Origin: Calditrichia bacterium
Lineage (GTDB): Bacteria; Calditrichota; Calditrichia; JAJRVZ01
Assembly (NCBI GenBank): GCA_963796965.1
Contig: CAWCNS010000007.1
Location: forward strand, 224,001 to 288,000
Reading direction: 5' to 3'
Length of the DNA: 64,000 bases
Part shown: positions 54,658 to 64,000 of the stretch, in pieces
Layout of the letters: each line of letters starts with the position of its first letter
Position numbering within the stretch: the first letter of the stretch is position 1
Program-made: the position numbers and the translations under genes
The notes under the pieces: generated by a model
What the model was told of the DNA's origin: nothing
What the model saw: only the letters and a program-made list of their open reading frames with translations
Databases searched by the model: none

Positions 54658-55761
54658 ATGACCGATAAATTTACTTTTGAAAATGAAAAAGTTAAAGTAG
54701 TGCTTCAGATAGTTCAATTGTTGTTCTTTCTTTATCTCTTTCTTTTAAGTATAAATCTAATGGGGGGCTCTCTAAAACTTTTTGGCGAAGGGCTTGCAGA
54801 GACACTCATTTCGACAACGTCGAATCCATTTGTTGGTTTATTTATTGGGATCCTGGCAACCTCACTTATTCAAAGTTCATCTTCTACGACATCTATCGTT
54901 GTGGGAATGGTTGGTGCTAGTGTTTTAAGCGTTGAGAATGCGATACCTATTGTTATGGGAGCAAATATTGGTACATCTGTAACAAATACCATTGTATCGA
55001 TGGCTCATTTAAACAGAAGTAATGAATTTAAACGATCCTTTGCCGCTTCAACCGTTCATGATTTTTTTAATGTGTTGGCGGTACTGGTTATCTTTCCCAT
55101 CCAATACTTCACAGATTATTTGGGTATTATTTCTAGACATTTAGCAGAAGTATTCCAGAATGTTGGGGGGATGACGCTTTTTAATCCGATCAAAGCCATC
55201 ACAAAACCGGTGGTGACCTTGATAATATCCTGGGTTGGAGATTATCCCTGGCTGGTTTTGATTATCGCCCTCGTTCTGTTATTTATTGCCCTCAAGAAAA
55301 TGGTCGATACCTTACGTGTTCTTATTATAAAGCGGGCTGAGGTTTGGTTCGATAAGGTACTATTTAAAAATGCCTTTCGAGCCTTTGTCGTAGGATTGGT
55401 CATGACCTTTCTGGCCCAGAGTAGTTCAATTACCACCAGTCTTGTTGTTCCTATGGCAGGTGCCGGAATTTTGACACTCATTCAGATATTTCCCTATACC
55501 CTTGGAGCCAATATTGGAACTACGATAACCGCGATGTTAGCCTCGCTGGTGACAGGTAACCTAAGTGCAGTCGTTGTAGCTTTTGCCCATTTAATGTTCA
55601 ATATATCCGGTATACTTATCTGGTGGCCATTTTCGCAATTACCCATATATCTGGCAAATACGTTAGCAGAATTTTCAATCCGGAATAAACTATATCCCTT
55701 TGCCTATATAATAATAGTCTTTTTTATCATCCCCTTAATCGTAATTATAGCGTTTAGATGA
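54658..55761 (+). CDS. Na+/phosphate symporter (NptA-like)
   Basis: Two QSSS repeats and two GANIGT motifs. Confidence 0.92.
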   Translation: MTDKFTFENEKVKVVLQIVQLLFFLYLFLLSINLMGGSLKLFGEGLAETLISTTSNPFVGLFIGILATSLIQSSSSTTSIVVGMVGASVLSVENAIPIVMGANIGTSVTNTIVSMAHLNRSNEFKRSFAASTVHDFFNVLAVLVIFPIQYFTDYLGIISRHLAEVFQNVGGMTLFNPIKAITKPVVTLIISWVGDYPWLVLIIALVLLFIALKKMVDTLRVLIIKRAEVWFDKVLFKNAFRAFVVGLVMTFLAQSSSITTSLVVPMAGAGILTLIQIFPYTLGANIGTTITAMLASLVTGNLSAVVVAFAHLMFNISGILIWWPFSQLPIYLANTLAEFSIRNKLYPFAYIIIVFFIIPLIVIIAFR

Positions 55762-55796
55762 ATTGTGATATAACAGTTCTATAATTCAGTTTGTTG

Positions 55797-55848
55797 ATCT
55801 GTAGAATTCCTCGAGGTTCTGCCTCTGGGATAGTCAGTTTTAAAGAAT
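55797..55848. repeat. Hairpin repeat shared with 60612-60780
   Basis: AGAATTCCTCGAGG(T/C)TCTGCCTC and GGGATAGTCA(G/T)TTTTAAAGAAT occur at both sites. Confidence 0.75.
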
Positions 55849-56102
55849 CTCTTTATTTACTCTCGCTATCAAATTTCTCATCTTTAGTCTATTCTTGATC
55901 AGAACTTCATCTCATATTTCAATCATCCCTAGCGGTTTCAGAGATTGATATGTAACATATTTTAGAAATCTTTTTTAGAGTAATGACTAATTTATCAAAA
56001 GGAAAGATCCCTTCGGGATGATACAATGACTGTAAAATGAAATCTAATTATTGAGAATCTATCTAATTCGCGGAGTACATGGGGCCAAATCAAGATTGAT
56101 AT

Positions 56103-56136
56103 AAAAAAGGCCGATAGGAAATTCCTAACGGCCTCT
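56103..56136 (-). terminator. Terminator after the PPIase gene
   Basis: AGGCCG.TAGGAA/TTCCTA.CGGCCT stem with an A-run on the plus strand. Confidence 0.75.
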
Positions 56137-56165
56137 AAGAAAAGTAAAGACTGATTATGTTAAAC

Positions 56166-57971
56166 TTATAAATTAAACATCTTTCGGTTATCTTCGATAT
56201 CTGCATTTTCTTTTAAATACTCAAACCAATCGGTAAATACCTGGTTTCTTTTAGTACTTAACAATCGTTGCCGGATCATCTCCCGCTGAACATTAAATTG
56301 AGTAGAGTCGAATGGCGTTTTGGCCAAAAGCTCCATCCAATATATACCCCTATTGGTTTCAACCTTTGCCGAGACTTCTCCTTCTTCCAGAGAAAATGCT
56401 GTAGCATTAAAGATATTATCAAGTCCTATACCTTGAGGACTACCGGTAAGGGCAAAATCGGCTGTTGAATCAAAACGAACTATGCCATCTTTATCATTTT
56501 GTGCAATGAGTGATAAAGGTGTGTTTTGATCAACCTGTTCTTGAATATTTACTGCATAATTCCTGGCCTCTTCTTTTCTCTTTTCCGTTTTCAAGCGACT
56601 GACAATGATATTTTTAACTTCCTCAAAAGGACGTGGGCCGGCTGGTTTAATTTCACTTAACTTGAATACAGTAAAACCCTTTTCAGTCTCAATTATACTG
56701 CTTACCGAATTAAGTTCTCCCTGAAAAGCAAAATCATAAATTTGATAATTCCTGCCAAAACCAGGAATGAATTGGTTGTCCTGTGCAATATAATTGGTAG
56801 ACTGCACTTCTATTGAGTCCCGTTCTGTAATAATATCAAATCCTTCTGTTTGTGCGTCTTCAGAGAAAAAGGCTGCTGCAGATTCCTGCCTCTCACGTGT
56901 ACTTGGACCGGCTGTAATTTTCAGAAGTATGTGACTAACCTTTGCCTGCTCTTTTCCGTCTTTATTACGTCGATCCTCAACAAAAATAAGATGTTCACCA
57001 AATTGGGTTGATACAGGACCGGTTAACTCTCCAATTTTCCCACTAAAAGAAGCATCTTCAAATTCCTTTACCATTGCACCACGTTCAAAGTAATCGTAAC
57101 GACCACGGTTGCTTTTAACTGCCGGATCTTCACTGTACTCTTCCGCCAGATCATTAAAGTTTTCACCGGCAGCGAGTCTTTCCTTTATTTCTTCAAATTC
57201 CTGTGCAATTCGTAATGTATCTTTTTTTGTTGGGGTTAGGGGGAATGTTACATATGAAAGCATGCGACTCTCATTTTGTTGAAATTCCGATAAATTTGTA
57301 TCGTAAAAGTCACGTACATCTTCGTCCGCTATTTGTCTTTCCTTATCTATAAATTTCGAATAGGGGACTTCTAAATAAGAAACACGTGCTTTTTGATTTG
57401 TTTTAATGAAGTCTTCTGAGATCTCTATGTCACTCACACGTACAGTTGATGAGATTATATCCTGTAATTTCTGGAAGGGAAGAACTTGCCTGCGGTAATA
57501 GTCTTCGATTTGATACCAGGGAATATCAGGATTAGAAAAAGATGCATAGTATTTATTCCAGTCAAATTGTCCCTCTGTCTGAAAACTTGGATTATTTTTT
57601 ATTTCGTCAAGTGGATAATTTCGGATTTGATAGACAATTTCTGAATCACTGACTGTTATGTTTAAACGCTGCATTTCTTCTTCCAGCAGCACTTGCTGCA
57701 CAAATCTATCCCAAACGGCCGAGCGAATATTTGCCACCTGGCTTTCTGTCAGGTCTTGATTGGAGCGGGATTTTTCTGCTTGGTACAGGTTCTGGAATAA
57801 TTCCGAAAACATTTCATAAGTGAGTTCCTGCCCGTTAACAGAACCTATAATATTCTGTCTCTGACCTTGTCCTGAATAATCCATACCCCATTCAAATACC
57901 ATCAGAGCAATGAACGATACGGCAACGATAACTATAAAGATCTTACTTAATTCACGCATTTTGGACATCAT
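56166..57971 (-). CDS. PpiD/SurA-like parvulin peptidyl-prolyl isomerase
   Basis: MMSKMRE N-terminal anchor, SurA_N region, FNDLAEEYSED, MVKEFEDA, PVSTQFGEHLI. Confidence 0.9.
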   Translation of the reverse strand: MMSKMRELSKIFIVIVAVSFIALMVFEWGMDYSGQGQRQNIIGSVNGQELTYEMFSELFQNLYQAEKSRSNQDLTESQVANIRSAVWDRFVQQVLLEEEMQRLNITVSDSEIVYQIRNYPLDEIKNNPSFQTEGQFDWNKYYASFSNPDIPWYQIEDYYRRQVLPFQKLQDIISSTVRVSDIEISEDFIKTNQKARVSYLEVPYSKFIDKERQIADEDVRDFYDTNLSEFQQNESRMLSYVTFPLTPTKKDTLRIAQEFEEIKERLAAGENFNDLAEEYSEDPAVKSNRGRYDYFERGAMVKEFEDASFSGKIGELTGPVSTQFGEHLIFVEDRRNKDGKEQAKVSHILLKITAGPSTRERQESAAAFFSEDAQTEGFDIITERDSIEVQSTNYIAQDNQFIPGFGRNYQIYDFAFQGELNSVSSIIETEKGFTVFKLSEIKPAGPRPFEEVKNIIVSRLKTEKRKEEARNYAVNIQEQVDQNTPLSLIAQNDKDGIVRFDSTADFALTGSPQGIGLDNIFNATAFSLEEGEVSAKVETNRGIYWMELLAKTPFDSTQFNVQREMIRQRLLSTKRNQVFTDWFEYLKENADIEDNRKMFNL

Positions 57972-58287
57972 AACGGCAACTTCTCCTTAATAAAACCGTA
58001 AGAGTATTAATTTTTCTTAAAAATATATCTTCTGATTGAAATGCTCTATATTCTGCAAATTTCTAAACTTTTAATTTACAACGTCTAAAGCAGTAATTCA
58101 ACCCTGCCAAATCCTGAAATAGTTTGCCAATAATTTTCCTTTTTACTAATTTTAGATTGAATGAACAATTTGCAAGAAAGTTCATTTGGTTAATTATTAG
58201 TCTGTACCAGTTATAATGAATAAACGGTCTTATTGGCTTTATCGTCTGAACTTTTGTAAAAAAATGATTGGATATGAGATAGAACGA

Positions 58288-59337
58288 ATGGATTCGAACA
58301 AGATAAAAAAAGCCCTTATAATTCAAACTGCTTTTATTGGAGATGTGATACTGACAACACCTGTTATTGAAGTATTGAGCGCAAGCTTGCCGGATGTGGA
58401 AATTGATTTCTTAACTATACCAAGATCTACTACTATTCTTTCAAACAATCCGGGAATACAAAATATAATCAAATTCGATAAAAGGGGTAGAGATAAAAGT
58501 GTTTTGGGATTATGGCGAACCGCAAAAATACTCCAAAAAAATATATATGATCTTTGCATCGTCCCACACAGATCCTTGAGAAGTGCTTTTCTGGCCTATA
58601 TGACCCATGCCACTATTCGGGTTGGATTTGATCGATCTGCCTGGAAATCCGGATTTACTCATCTTGTCCCCTATGATAGTAATATGCATGAGATCGAGAG
58701 AAATCTCTCTTTGCTTCATCCAATCAATATAGATAGTCCGCTGATACCCCCAACTTTATATTCATCAAATGATGATAAATTACTTATACGAAAACTGTGG
58801 GATAGTTTTGGCTTTAAGTCAAGTGACAAAATTATGGCAATCGCTCCGGGATCTGTTTGGTCTACAAAGCGCTGGCCAGAAAAGTATTTTATTGAACTCT
58901 GCCACCTTTTATCCGCTGAAGGTTTTAAGCCTGTTCTTATAGGGAGCAGGGAAGATGAGTCACTCTGTAAAAGGATCAGTAAAACTTCCGGAGGGATTAA
59001 ATCCATTGCTGGCATGACAACATTACCTCAATCATATGAATTCCTATCCTATTGTGCCGGTATTGTAACAAATGATTCTGCTCCACTTCATTTGGGTATG
59101 GCCGCACACATTCCGGTTTTTGCAATCTTTGGCCCCACTGTTCCTGCTTTTGGATTTGCTCCATTTGGAAAGTATTCTGTGATTTTTGAGAAGAAAGATC
59201 TTAAGTGCCGTCCATGCTCTATTCATGGAGGGAATAAATGTCCTATAAAAACCTTTGAGTGTATGTTGTCACTGAAGCCCGACCAGTTAATAAAAAATAT
59301 TCAGGTTTACTTCTCAAATTCGAAAGGAAGAGGTTAA
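58288..59337 (+). CDS. Glycosyltransferase family 9 (LPS heptosyltransferase II-like)
   Basis: IQTAFIGDVIL, APGSVWSTKRWP, NDSAPLH, IFGPT, CRPCSIHG; start uncertain. Confidence 0.9.
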   Translation: MDSNKIKKALIIQTAFIGDVILTTPVIEVLSASLPDVEIDFLTIPRSTTILSNNPGIQNIIKFDKRGRDKSVLGLWRTAKILQKNIYDLCIVPHRSLRSAFLAYMTHATIRVGFDRSAWKSGFTHLVPYDSNMHEIERNLSLLHPINIDSPLIPPTLYSSNDDKLLIRKLWDSFGFKSSDKIMAIAPGSVWSTKRWPEKYFIELCHLLSAEGFKPVLIGSREDESLCKRISKTSGGIKSIAGMTTLPQSYEFLSYCAGIVTNDSAPLHLGMAAHIPVFAIFGPTVPAFGFAPFGKYSVIFEKKDLKCRPCSIHGGNKCPIKTFECMLSLKPDQLIKNIQVYFSNSKGRG

Positions 59338-59429
59338 TCTGAAATTTATTGCACAAAGAAATGAATTATAAAAGTTAATTATTAAATTGATCACATATTT
59401 TATACCAGGACATATTGTCTAAAGAAATA

Positions 59430-60612
59430 ATGATTAAAAAAAGTACATTCAAATCTGTAGCTGAGGGGAGAATATCTCAGGTTCAATTCTGATAAACCGA
59501 CCAAAAAAATCCTCATAAAAGCAGTAAAACTATTAGAGGCTGGTGGGATAATCATCTATCCTACAGACACTCTTTACGGTTTCGGAGCCCTTTTAAACAA
59601 TAAGGAGACCCTTGAGAGGGTTTATGAAATAAAAAAGAGAGAAAAAAATAAGCCTTCATCCATTATGGTAAAAGATCGTCATCAGGCTGAGATGATTGTA
59701 GGACGCATGTCTCCGTCAGAGCAAAATAAATTCGATCTAATGTTTCCAGGGAAAATAACTTTAGTTGTGAAAGCACGAAAAAAGATCGATATACCTGGAT
59801 TTGAGGATCTCGAAAAAATAGGATTTAGGATACCGGATAATAATTTCTGCCAGCAATTGGCTATGATGACAACCTATCCCATTAGTTCTTCCAGTGTGAA
59901 CCTTGCCGGGCAGAGAAATTTAATAGATATGCGGGAAATTCGCCGCGAATTTCAGCATAAAGTGGACCTAATACTTGATGGAGGGCCGGTAAAATCAACA
60001 AAGGGCTCATCCGTACTCGATATATCTTCTTCTCCTCCCACATTACTAAGGGAGGGTGAGATTTCTAAAGAGGTACTTGAGAGAATGATCAGTACTAAGA
60101 TAAAAAGTTCATCAAATAGAAAGTACATCATTACTTTTGTGTGCTCAGGCAATATTTGCCGCTCCCCAATGGCCGAAGGTATGTTAAAGCAAAAATTGGA
60201 TAAAGATGTATTGAAGGGGAAAGTTGAGATTAATTCTGCCGGGACATTGAATTTACCCACATCGGTTGCATCATTAAAAGCTATAGAGGTAGCCGCTAAC
60301 CACGATGTAAATATAGAGAACCATCTTTCCAGACCTGTCAGTAGAGCAATTGTAGACCAGGCAAATTTAATTTTTTGCCTGGCTGAAAACCACTATGACT
60401 TCTTTACAAAGAACTATCCAGCCGATAAGGACAAGATCCATTTGTTAAAGGGATATGATAATTCAGGTAATTTTACTGGTCTATCTATCGATGATCCTAT
60501 CGGAAGAAGCACAGATTTTTATCGACAAATCTATGATGAAATTGATAAAGAATTGGATAGAATACTTCCTGGTTTAATGAAAACAATAATTAAGTATGTT
60601 TATCCATTTTAA
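59430..60612 (+). CDS. TsaC/YrdC threonylcarbamoyl-AMP synthase fused to a low-molecular-weight protein phosphatase (apparent frameshift near 59465)
   Basis: IIYPTDTLYGFG, IKKR..NKP, SSSVN, LLREG then FVCSGNICRSPMAEG and DDPIG, all in one frame from 59461. Confidence 0.88.
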
Positions 60613-60780
60613 TCTGAAGAATTCCTCGAGGCTCTGCCTCGGGGTTTCCTAATTCTCCATCTCTTTTAGGAGAGGGTTGGGGAGAGGTAAATAAATGGAA
60701 TTCTGTTTTTCGATATTTGTGTCGAAATAAAACTAGCGAAATACCACGATAAGCATCGGGGATAGTCATTTTTAAAGAAT
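60612..60780. repeat. Composite palindromic element with ends shared with 55797-55848
   Basis: Same terminal motifs with about 120 bp extra, including a CTC-rich hairpin. Confidence 0.7.
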
Positions 60781-60798
60781 TTTTTATTTAATTGTGCA

Positions 60799-63181
60799 TT
60801 AATTTACGTCCAATATTGAGCGTACCTTTTCGGCGAGCAGCTTTATTGTGAAGGGTTTTTGTAAAAAGTTATCTTCGTTGCCGATGATTTCATGATCAGT
60901 TATATAGGCCTCTTCATAACCAGAAGTAAATAGGACCTTAATAGAATTAGATATTTTTTCAACATGCTGAGACAATTCTTTCCCGTTCATTCCGGGCATA
61001 ATAAGATCAGTGATGATCAGATCAAACTCATCGGTTTTGGTTTTGGAGGTTTTGCTGTTCTTCACCAGATGCAAGGCGTCAAGACCTGTGGAAGCTTCAA
61101 AAACCGTATAACCGAGGTTTTGTAGTGCAAAACTTGTGAAATACAGAACATCCTTGTCATCTTCAACGACGAGAATATTTTCTACACCTCTTAACTTTTC
61201 ATCATCTGGCATTGCCGTGCTTAGTTCTCCATTCGTCGGCATTTCCTCGTCCACGGAGGGCCAGAATACATTTATTGTTGTGCCTAGATCCAGCTGACTG
61301 TCCACTGAGACAAATCCATTATTCTGTTTTAAAATACCATAAACTGTGGCCATCCCTAATCCCGTCCCATGACCTTTCTCCTTGGTCGTATAAAAGGGTT
61401 CAAATATTTTATCAATAGTTGCCCTGTCCATCCCTATACCGCTATCATAAACACTGATCAAAATATAATTTCCCGGTTTACTCTCAGGAAATTGTTCCAA
61501 ATCTTTCTCTGTGATATTAGATGGACGTGTACAAATTACGATCTTTTTCTCTCCCGGAGATTTTTTTGATCGTGCACTGATGGCATCTCGGGCATTGACA
61601 ACCAGGTTTATTAAAATTTGTTCAATTTGACCAGGGTCGGCCTTCATATGCAAAAGCTGAGGATATAAATCCTTGATTATTCTTATATCTTCACGAATAA
61701 GTCTTCGCAGCATTTTGTCAAGATCTGATATAAGAATATTTATATCTATTATTTTAGGATTAATTATCTGTTTGCGGCTAAATGCTAATAATTTTCTGGT
61801 TAATTCTTCCGCCTTCTTACCTGCGCCATGTATGGATCTTAAATCTCTGTAAATCGGATGATTTTCTTCCATTTTTCTTAGTGCAATTTCAGATAAACCG
61901 TTGATTATCGTTAGCAAATTATTGAAATCATGGGCAATTCCTCCGGCCAGTGTACCGATGGAATCCATTTTCTGTGATTGATGTAATTGATCTTCTAGCC
62001 TCTTACGGGCACTCATATCTCGCGCATAAACGAGACACATGGCAGGTCCTGATGATTTTTCAACTATCGAAGAACTTACCTCAAAGGGGATATAGGCGCC
62101 ATCGCTATCTACAAGGTTAATATTATACAGCACCATTTCAGAGAAGCCTGATTTTCTAATTTTTTGTCTCTCAAGAATATCCGACTTATTTTCAGGAGAT
62201 ACGAATTCTATCACTGAGTGCCCCAAAAGATCGTCTTCTTTGAAGCCAAGGCAATTCAAAGCAGCTTGATTAACATAGTGAATGATCCCTTGAAGATCAT
62301 GAAGTATGATAATATCCTGTGCGGTCTCTGCAAGGATTCGATATTTTTCTTCACTCTCTATAAGAGCTTCCTCGACCTTCTTTCGTTCACTTATATCTTC
62401 AACAATTCCATCAATATGATCAATCTTACCGTTATCATTTTTAATTGCTTTAACATTTAGCGATGCCCACAAGGGCGTACCATCCTTCTTGAGCAATTGT
62501 ACCTCAAAATTTGTTACAGAACCTTCCTTCTTGAGCCGTTTCCAGAGTTCTATTCTGTCATTTTTATTATAATAAAGGTCAGGAGCAGAAAGATTCAGGA
62601 TTTCAATTCGTGATTGATAACCTAAGATTGTAACAAATGCGCTGTTGACAGCAAGGATTTTGCCATTCTGATTTGCGCGGTAAATACCCAGTGGCAAATT
62701 CTCCTGAAGATTACGATATCTTTCTTCACTGGACTGGATGGCAGCTGAAACACGCTTTTTTTCGCTGATATCTCTGACAATGGCTATGACAAACATATGT
62801 CCAGCGGATTTTCCAGCAGAGAGTGAGATTGACATTGGGAAAACTTCGCCATTTGAGCGTTTTCCCGGTAACTCCAGCACTTGCCCCAGGGCGCCCCTGG
62901 ATTGACCGGAAGAGAAATAATGGCTGATATATTTTCGATGTTTTTTCCTGTATGATTCAGGCATTAAGTCTGTCGAGGGGATGCCCGAAAAGGTCTGTTG
63001 CTTTTTGACCAAACATATTCTCTGCAGCAGGATTAAAAAGAAAAATAGTTCCATCTTCCCTGATAGCAATAACGGCATCATTGGTGCTGTTGATTAATCT
63101 TTGAAATAACGCCTCGTTATTCCAAAGATCATTATTCCGTCTTTCTGGTTTCCGTCTCTCGGAATGAACGATTTTATTCAT
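60799..63181 (-). CDS. Hybrid PAS-domain sensor histidine kinase / response regulator (apparent frameshift near 63000)
   Basis: 3 PAS domains, LAGGIAHDFNNLL, NLVVNARDA, GTGLGM, receiver ILVVEDD...TDLIMP. Confidence 0.93.
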
Positions 63182-63483
63182 AGTTAGGCAAAAACATTAG
63201 AATTGAGATAAACATTTTAAAGATTATTATCTTGTCATATTTTTTCAAAACGGATTTTAATAAACCCATGGATTCAACCCTGAAAAATTACTAATTGAAT
63301 GTGAAGATGCAAGTAATATCTTTAATATTTTGTTGACTAAATCCGGATTGTTTAAAAATAAGAATATATTAAATCTATTGAGTTCCGGTATTATTTAAAC
63401 TCTTCTCGTTCATCAAAAAGTCTGGAACAATTTTATTTTTAATAAATTTAAAAGTATATTTAGAATAAAAAAAATGAGGTTAT

Positions 63484-64000
63484 ATGTTAAAACCCTTATT
63501 TATATTGTTTATTTTTCTATTCGCGGCAATTTTTAATACGGATTCAACTAAGATTTCTATTGTACATGATTCTCTTCAGGCACCTGATGAGAATTTACTT
63601 GTAAAAAGTACCACAGACTCATCACAATCTGACGATTCTCTTTTTATCCCAATATCGGAAGCTGAATTGGTATATCCTAGTGTGGAGAATAATGCCTTTC
63701 ATGTTGGCGAGAAACTAACATTTAAAGTCCGTTATGGCTTTGTTCGTGCCGGAACAGCAACAATGTCCGTTGTTAGTAAAAAAATTATTAATGATAAATT
63801 GGTCTACCAAATTCAAACAACAGCCGAATCAGACGCGCCTTTCAGTTGGGTTTACGAAGTTAATGATGTTGTTACTAGCCTTATGGACGCCAAAGGATTG
63901 TTTACCTGGCGATTTGAGAAGAAATTGCGTGAAGGTGGATATGAGATTGATCATCTTGTGGACTATCTACCGGAAGATTCATTGGCGAAGGTTAAAAACA
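63484..64000 (+). CDS. DUF3108-like exported protein, truncated by the window end (absent from the ORF track)
   Basis: SD GAGG, signal peptide, NNAFHVGEKLTFKVRYGFVRAG; frame open to the end. Confidence 0.75.
   Translation, partial: MLKPLFILFIFLFAAIFNTDSTKISIVHDSLQAPDENLLVKSTTDSSQSDDSLFIPISEAELVYPSVENNAFHVGEKLTFKVRYGFVRAGTATMSVVSKKIINDKLVYQIQTTAESDAPFSWVYEVNDVVTSLMDAKGLFTWRFEKKLREGGYEIDHLVDYLPEDSLAKVKN

Noticed and set aside
1..64000. CRISPR array, prophage, autonomous transposase or rRNA
   Set aside because: No regularly spaced repeats, cas, phage, integrase or transposase genes, or rRNA-like sequence seen

Overview
AT-rich bacterial chromosomal segment. The gene content and style suggest Calditrichota or another FCB-like lineage, but that is inference only. 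Most of it is housekeeping: galE, thrB-thrC, tRNA-Val, thrS-infC-rpmI-rplT-pheS-pheT, zapB/zapA-6S RNA-rny, folD, selD, truA, fsa, htrA, purB/C/S/Q, psd-pssA, tatA, maf, nadB, a PhoU-like gene with a Na/Pi transporter, ppiD, a GT9 and tsaC. There is also a small sugar-use cluster and several short repeats/MITEs. Many conserved genes are split by single-base indels, which look like long-read errors rather than pseudogenes. The standout is 41.7-48.0 kb. A TonB-dependent receptor and a two-domain HmuY-like lipoprotein sit behind a well-spaced sigma-54 (-24/-12) promoter and two phased palindromic upstream sites. They are divergent from an orphan CcsA/HemX-like gene and a sigma-54 enhancer-binding protein whose N-terminal input domain resembles a catalytically dead glutamyl-tRNA reductase (HemA). 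This is a candidate heme-sensing regulatory system built from the HemX-HemA pair. Also notable: a selenocysteine-type SelD, an ATT-start infC, a TsaC-LMW phosphatase fusion and a MITE with a 9-bp target duplication. All family calls come from reading motifs; no searches were run.
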